Shown piece by piece: positions 59,766 through 64,000 of a stretch of DNA of 64,000 bases (position 1 is the stretch's first letter; every line of letters begins with the position of its first letter). Both the position numbers and the translations under genes were made by a program. Source of the stretch: an uncultured Spirochaetota bacterium (GTDB taxonomy: Bacteria; Spirochaetota; Brevinematia; Brevinematales; JAOACQ01); contig CAWAOD010000004.1 of NCBI GenBank assembly GCA_963783575.1, positions 33,881 through 97,880 of the forward strand, in the 5' to 3' direction. The notes beneath the pieces were generated by a model that saw only the letters and a program-made list of their open reading frames with translations, was not told the origin of the DNA and did not search any database.

Positions 59766-61451
59766 TTGGTTGATGGTTTTCATATCCCTTATTATAACCA
59801 AGGTGAAATTTGGAATTATGGACATATGCTTATGACAGTTGATTTCAAAAAACATGAGGAGCTTGACAAGGAGTACGGTTTAAATAATCTAATTAATGAA
59901 CTTGCCAAGTTGGAAAATAATCTTCGAACATGGGAGAAACTAAGCGAATGGTTTGAAAAGTTTGATGAGTTGAAAGTGATTATTGAAAATAATATAAATG
60001 AAGATCAAAAAGCAACAGCACAAGAAAATGAAGAAAAGATCAGGGAATTTGTAACATCGCAATTCAAGTATCAAAATCTCTTAGAAATTGTCTTTGCGAT
60101 CGGCACTTACTGTTTGTTTAAGGAAAAATACACTTACATCAAGTATCTATGGGAGTATAAACAACCTCCTGATTCTGATGCTCATTGGATTGGGCAAGAT
60201 ATTACACCTCAAAGTATAGAAAGTGTTATACAATTCTACTTCAGGAAAGAACTTCTTGGAAGAAAATTTGATTTTTGGGAAGGGCATCGTGGAAGTAAAA
60301 GATACTATAATCAGTATTTTTTACTTTTGCTTGCTCGTGTGTTACAAAGTGTACATCCTGATACAGAAGGGAAATATCAATCGATAGAAAATTATAAGTT
60401 GTCTGACTTAAATATTCATAAATTAAGTGATCTTGAGCATTCAATAGACGGCTTTATTAAAATTGCTGTTGATTTAAAAAAAGAAGAAATTATTCTTGCT
60501 GAGATAGGTTTAGATACCAAAAAACTTGAAGAACTTTTTGATTTTAAACTCATCCCCTTTTTGAATAAGCTCAAAGAAGAAGTAGAAAAACAAATATTGG
60601 AAAAACATAAGATAGGCAAAATCAGTCAGAAGAAAATTGAAGACTTTAAGAAAGGGGTGTTAAAGAGCTTTTTCGAAGGTGTAAATATCCGTATTATTTT
60701 GAAATATTTGGATGCATACGAAGACAAAACAGGAAATAAAATTACAGGCAAGGAAAAGCGCTTTGGAATTAACACTGTGGATGACAAAGCTTCTTTCTTT
60801 GACGAATGGCATGTTCATTTTTTAGGATGGGGAGAAAATTATGGGTGTGGTCTTGCATTTGATGAAGATTCTTTTTTATTCGATTATATAACAATGAGTT
60901 GTAAAAATATTTCTAAAATAAATTTTGAAGACACATTATCTAAATTTAAAAAGCCGGAAGACATTATTATCTTTGCTACAAACTTTGATTTATGGCAATT
61001 TTTTGAGGATTCCAAAAATTTCAAACCCGAATGGCATAGCGATACAAAAAAACTCAACGTAAAAGGGTTTGGAGGATGGTATAATTTCAAAAGTCAATTA
61101 ATTCCTGTTTTTAACATATATACACAAAAAATAGAAAAGCAAATTCTGATACTGAATAAGACAAGATTAGGGAAGCTTGTACAACTTTCGCCGTTGAATG
61201 ATGGAGAAGATGAAAAATCAGTTGAAGATATTTTTTATATAAAAATTCAATCATTTTCTGAAAATAAGGAACAAATGGAAAATTTTATCAAAGAGCCCAC
61301 AGATTGGTTGAAAAAGATTGGAGAAGAACAGAAACAGCGAGAATATTTAGAAGAGTGTGTTCTAATTCAGATTTTTGAGCGATTTGAGTATAACAAACCT
61401 GAAGATTTTGAGGGGTACAAACTGATTTTTAAGAATGATGTGTTGGGTTAA
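59766..61451 (+). CDS. Hypothetical soluble protein (possibly continuous with the preceding ORF)
   Basis: 561-aa ORF with a TTG start and no convincing RBS. The frame opens at 59751, only 6 nt before the upstream stop. It could therefore be a separate gene or the frameshifted 3' part of one ~920-aa gene. Confidence 0.5.
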   Translation: MVDGFHIPYYNQGEIWNYGHMLMTVDFKKHEELDKEYGLNNLINELAKLENNLRTWEKLSEWFEKFDELKVIIENNINEDQKATAQENEEKIREFVTSQFKYQNLLEIVFAIGTYCLFKEKYTYIKYLWEYKQPPDSDAHWIGQDITPQSIESVIQFYFRKELLGRKFDFWEGHRGSKRYYNQYFLLLLARVLQSVHPDTEGKYQSIENYKLSDLNIHKLSDLEHSIDGFIKIAVDLKKEEIILAEIGLDTKKLEELFDFKLIPFLNKLKEEVEKQILEKHKIGKISQKKIEDFKKGVLKSFFEGVNIRIILKYLDAYEDKTGNKITGKEKRFGINTVDDKASFFDEWHVHFLGWGENYGCGLAFDEDSFLFDYITMSCKNISKINFEDTLSKFKKPEDIIIFATNFDLWQFFEDSKNFKPEWHSDTKKLNVKGFGGWYNFKSQLIPVFNIYTQKIEKQILILNKTRLGKLVQLSPLNDGEDEKSVEDIFYIKIQSFSENKEQMENFIKEPTDWLKKIGEEQKQREYLEECVLIQIFERFEYNKPEDFEGYKLIFKNDVLG

Positions 61452-61756
61452 TACTTTTGAACAAATATGGTATTCAACTTAAAGTATCCCGAGAGGAACA
61501 CCACCATACCCGATAGAAAGTCAAAAATAGGAAAACAATGATTGCGACTCTGAAAGCTAAACTTTTGCTGTCTAAAATTATACTTTGCCCCCAATTTGCT
61601 CCCTCATCGCTCGCCGAATCAAAGATTCGCCGGCCTTTTAAACTTCATAAAAAGACTTCACGATTACTTAGTATGAATATTAAAAAATATCAATCTACTT
61701 TTTTGAAAAGGTTTTTCCATCATCTTAAGATTAAAAAATCATATTGCTTAATCGCT

Positions 61757-62048
61757 CCCCGCAGCAGGATCGCCATTTCTGATTAAGCTTTAGTGTGGTC
61801 TTAAGCGAAGTCGGTAATAAAATCGTTGTTATTCCTGTTTAATATTGACAATACAAGCTAGAGGGTTTCTGCCTGGACGGCAGAAACCGACGAATCAGTC
61901 CAAGGATGGACTGTTGAGTCGGCTGTTACTAAAAGATATCTTTTACCAAATACCAATAACAACACCTAGATATTTACAGACCTCTTCACATGAAATGGCG
62001 CTCATGCGAAGGGGCGATTCTTTCTCTGGTTACTCTCTTTCTCATCAC
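61757..62048 (+). repeat. Palindromic ~340-bp repeat element, copy B (interrupted by the IS; remainder at 63779-63822)
   Basis: It has the same ordered blocks as copy A. The terminal hairpin arms GTTACTCTCTTTCTCA / TGAGAAAGAGAGTAAC are split by the IS. Confidence 0.7.
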
Positions 62049-63774
62049 TTGTCTGTCGAAAAACTATAAAAAGAGAAAAAGCGATTTTCTATAACATTCG
62101 GATATCACATTTGATTTCTAGGATATCCGAAAATTAATCTCATATACAATTTATTATAGCTTAAATTACATAATTACACTCCTGTACCATTTTATATCAT
62201 TCTCATATACTCAATCCTTTGCATATTACAGCCTGAAAATATTTTCCCACATTATGTGAAGTGGAATTCCAGAGCCAATCCATTTCTACTTTTTCTTTTC
62301 CACGATAATAGGTTTGAGAAAAATCTTTCTGCGTTTTAAGGTTGGCAAAATTGTGTTCCTTTCCAATTCTCTTGCTGTATATCTTTTGCCCTTCATCACT
62401 TCTCAATTTATTAAGATAACTGTCGATTTCCTTTCTGTTCTCTAACTCAAACAGATTGAAATTTACAGTCTTTTGGTTTCTGCTGGGATTTATGTTCGTA
62501 TAACATTCCTTATTATTTTCACATTCCTTACATTGTGATCGATTATAGAAAAAGTGGATTTTGCCTCTTTTATCATCAATGTATCCTTTGGTATTTAATC
62601 CACCACAGCACTTTAACCGATACTCTCTGTTATCACCTTTTATGATTTCAAAATTCTTTCTCTTTTGTACCTCTTTCCCAAAATCTCTCTCTTTTATATC
62701 AATATAGCAATCCAATCCTTTTTCTTCCATTTCCAGAATGTCTGTCATATTTTGAAATCCCGAATCCAGCAGGTACTTACTTTCCTGCTTTACCCCCAAT
62801 TCCTCTTTAAGCTTTTCCACTTCCTCAATCATGGGTTTCGCACTGTATTTCTCATTCAATTTATCGTTTTCACAGCTTAGTATTATGTCATTGTTACTGA
62901 TCATCATTCTTATATTATATCCCTGAATATATCCGCTCTTGTCAGGCCCCAATGTAAGAGAGCTGTCGGGATCGGTTAAATTATAATGATCTTTGCCTGT
63001 AATGGTTTTGTCTCCTTCTTTTAATCTTTCTTCTTCAAGCATCTTTTGATAAACTTCCACCTGTTCCATCACTCTGTTGTAAAGCTTTTCCTGACGTTCT
63101 ATACGCTTTTTTTCAGCCATATACTTTTCTTCTTCCAATTCACCACGATTTAGTTTCTCATCTGTCTCCAAACTCCTTTTAACTACTTTGGTTGCCATTT
63201 TGCGGTAAGTTCTCATCACTTTGTCGGCTCTTTCCCTGGTCATCGTCTTTGACTTTGATGCATTGGCTTTGATTTTCGTTCCGTCCCCCACAACTACATC
63301 CCAATCAATCTCTCCTATGTTATTTAATAAAAAAAGAATTGTCGCAAACAGATTTGTAATTTCGTCATCAAACTGGATTTTAAAATCGCAAAGCTTTGAA
63401 TGATCTATGCTAAGACGGTTTGATACATACATAAATCCTATGTGGGTTCTGAGAAGATTTTCTACCTTGCGGCTGGAATGGATTCCTTGCAAATAACCAT
63501 AGAGAATCGCAGATATAACATCTTGAGGATGTTTCCCTTTCCGCCCTGTTTCATCATTGGAATAATATTTATCAAACCTTTGTATATCAATGTATTTCGC
63601 CACAAACTTTTTTAGAAGGACTTCACGGCTGTATTCATCGAATTGTTCCTGCAAATTGATGGCTAACAATTCTCCCTGGTCTAGATTTCCTCTCTTATAT
63701 CTCGCCATTGTCTTTCCCCTCTTTAATTTTGCAACTAACTATTATATCATATTTTCGGATTTTTCGACAGACAA
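62049..63774 (-). mobile_element. IS element (IS1182/IS5-superfamily), copy 2, 1726 bp, inverted relative to copy 1
   Basis: It has the same 15-bp TIRs as copy 1. It is flanked by the 4-bp direct repeat TCAC (62045-62048 and 63775-63778). Confidence 0.9.
62203..63708 (-). CDS. DDE transposase, IS1182/IS5-like
   Basis: 501 aa, differing from the 4124-5629 product at about 15 positions. Confidence 0.9.
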   Translation of the reverse strand: MARYKRGNLDQGELLAINLQEQFDEYSREVLLKKFVAKYIDIQRFDKYYSNDETGRKGKHPQDVISAILYGYLQGIHSSRKVENLLRTHIGFMYVSNRLSIDHSKLCDFKIQFDDEITNLFATILFLLNNIGEIDWDVVVGDGTKIKANASKSKTMTRERADKVMRTYRKMATKVVKRSLETDEKLNRGELEEEKYMAEKKRIERQEKLYNRVMEQVEVYQKMLEEERLKEGDKTITGKDHYNLTDPDSSLTLGPDKSGYIQGYNIRMMISNNDIILSCENDKLNEKYSAKPMIEEVEKLKEELGVKQESKYLLDSGFQNMTDILEMEEKGLDCYIDIKERDFGKEVQKRKNFEIIKGDNREYRLKCCGGLNTKGYIDDKRGKIHFFYNRSQCKECENNKECYTNINPSRNQKTVNFNLFELENRKEIDSYLNKLRSDEGQKIYSKRIGKEHNFANLKTQKDFSQTYYRGKEKVEMDWLWNSTSHNVGKYFQAVICKGLSI

Positions 63775-63846
63775 TCACTGAGAAAGAGAGTAACAAAGCC
63801 CCATTGCCGTGGCTTTACGGCAAAATGCAATATAATAATTTTCCTC

Positions 63847-63891
63847 TTGACAATTATAATATAATAATATATAATATGTGCATATGCACAT
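63847..63891 (+). promoter_or_regulatory. Consensus sigma70 promoter immediately followed by a 16-bp perfect palindrome (candidate PadR operator)
   Basis: TTGACA (63847-63852), a 17-nt spacer, then TATAAT (63870-63875). ATGTGCATATGCACAT follows at 63876-63891, then AAGGAG and the ATG at 63906. Confidence 0.6.
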
Positions 63892-63905
63892 ATAAGGAGA
63901 AACTA

Positions 63906-64000
63906 ATGTCTTTGCAATATGCGATTTTGGGACTTATAGATCGATATACCCTTTCCGGTTATGATATTATGAAAATATTTGATCACGGTCTTAAACATTA
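63906..64000 (+). CDS. PadR-family transcriptional regulator (N-terminal 31 codons; continues beyond the window)
   Basis: MSLQYAILGLIDRYTLSGYDIMKIF matches the PadR winged-helix N-terminus. A good RBS is present. It is absent from the ORF track because it is truncated by the window edge. Confidence 0.65.
   Translation, partial: MSLQYAILGLIDRYTLSGYDIMKIFDHGLKH

Noticed and set aside
61538-62069. ORFs 61538-61786 and 61845-62069. The same applies to 3946-4242 and 63590-63781.
   Set aside because: They lie in the palindromic repeat element or across the IS ends. Their translations are not conserved between the three element copies, whereas the nucleotide blocks and hairpins are conserved.
4058-63774. 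Composite transposon formed by the two inverted IS copies
   Set aside because: Each copy has its own matching 4-bp target duplication (CAAT/CAAT and TCAC/TCAC), whereas the outer flanks do not match each other. The 56-kb interior also holds core genes (ppdK, gltX, rnpB, accB, A2M-pbpC). These are two independent simple insertions.

Overview
This is a 64-kb AT-rich chromosomal segment from a diderm bacterium. The gene content (alpha-2-macroglobulin/PbpC, InlB-B-repeat lipoproteins, HAMP-PP2C phosphatase, GGDEF/HD-GYP, PPDK) resembles a Spirochaetota-like anaerobe, but I cannot confirm the taxon from sequence alone.

About 55 protein genes and one clear RNA gene (rnpB) are present:
- Housekeeping: ppdK, gltX, accB, an aminotransferase, rnpB.
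- Envelope: A2M-pbpC-spoIID, LysM/M23, and an FtsX-type ABC transporter with LolA-like and beta-barrel proteins.
- Signalling and toxin-antitoxin: c-di-GMP genes, hicBA, vapBC.
- Small regulators (TetR, ArsR, PadR) and many lipoproteins.

Notable features:
1. A tightly coupled J-domain / J-domain / SIR2-TPR cassette (31.3-34.9 kb) is my best candidate for an undescribed NADase-type system.
2. Two 1726-bp IS1182/IS5-type copies lie in inverted orientation. Each sits exactly in the loop of a perfect hairpin at the end of a ~340-bp palindromic repeat element. A third, IS-free copy of that element carries a nested ~148-bp MITE.
3. A second MITE copy rewrites the stop codon of an MBL-DinB gene.
4. 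An excisionase-type HTH is fused to a catalytically dead MalK-like ATPase, next to an intact orphan MalK/MsmX-type ATPase.
5. An alpha-2-macroglobulin has a duplicated polytopic membrane N-terminus.
6. An AT-rich orphan gene pair (58.7-61.5 kb) is boxed in by mobile repeats.
7. Single-nucleotide frameshifts split at least seven genes, which indicates either real gene decay or consensus indel errors.

No CRISPR array, tRNA or rRNA was seen.
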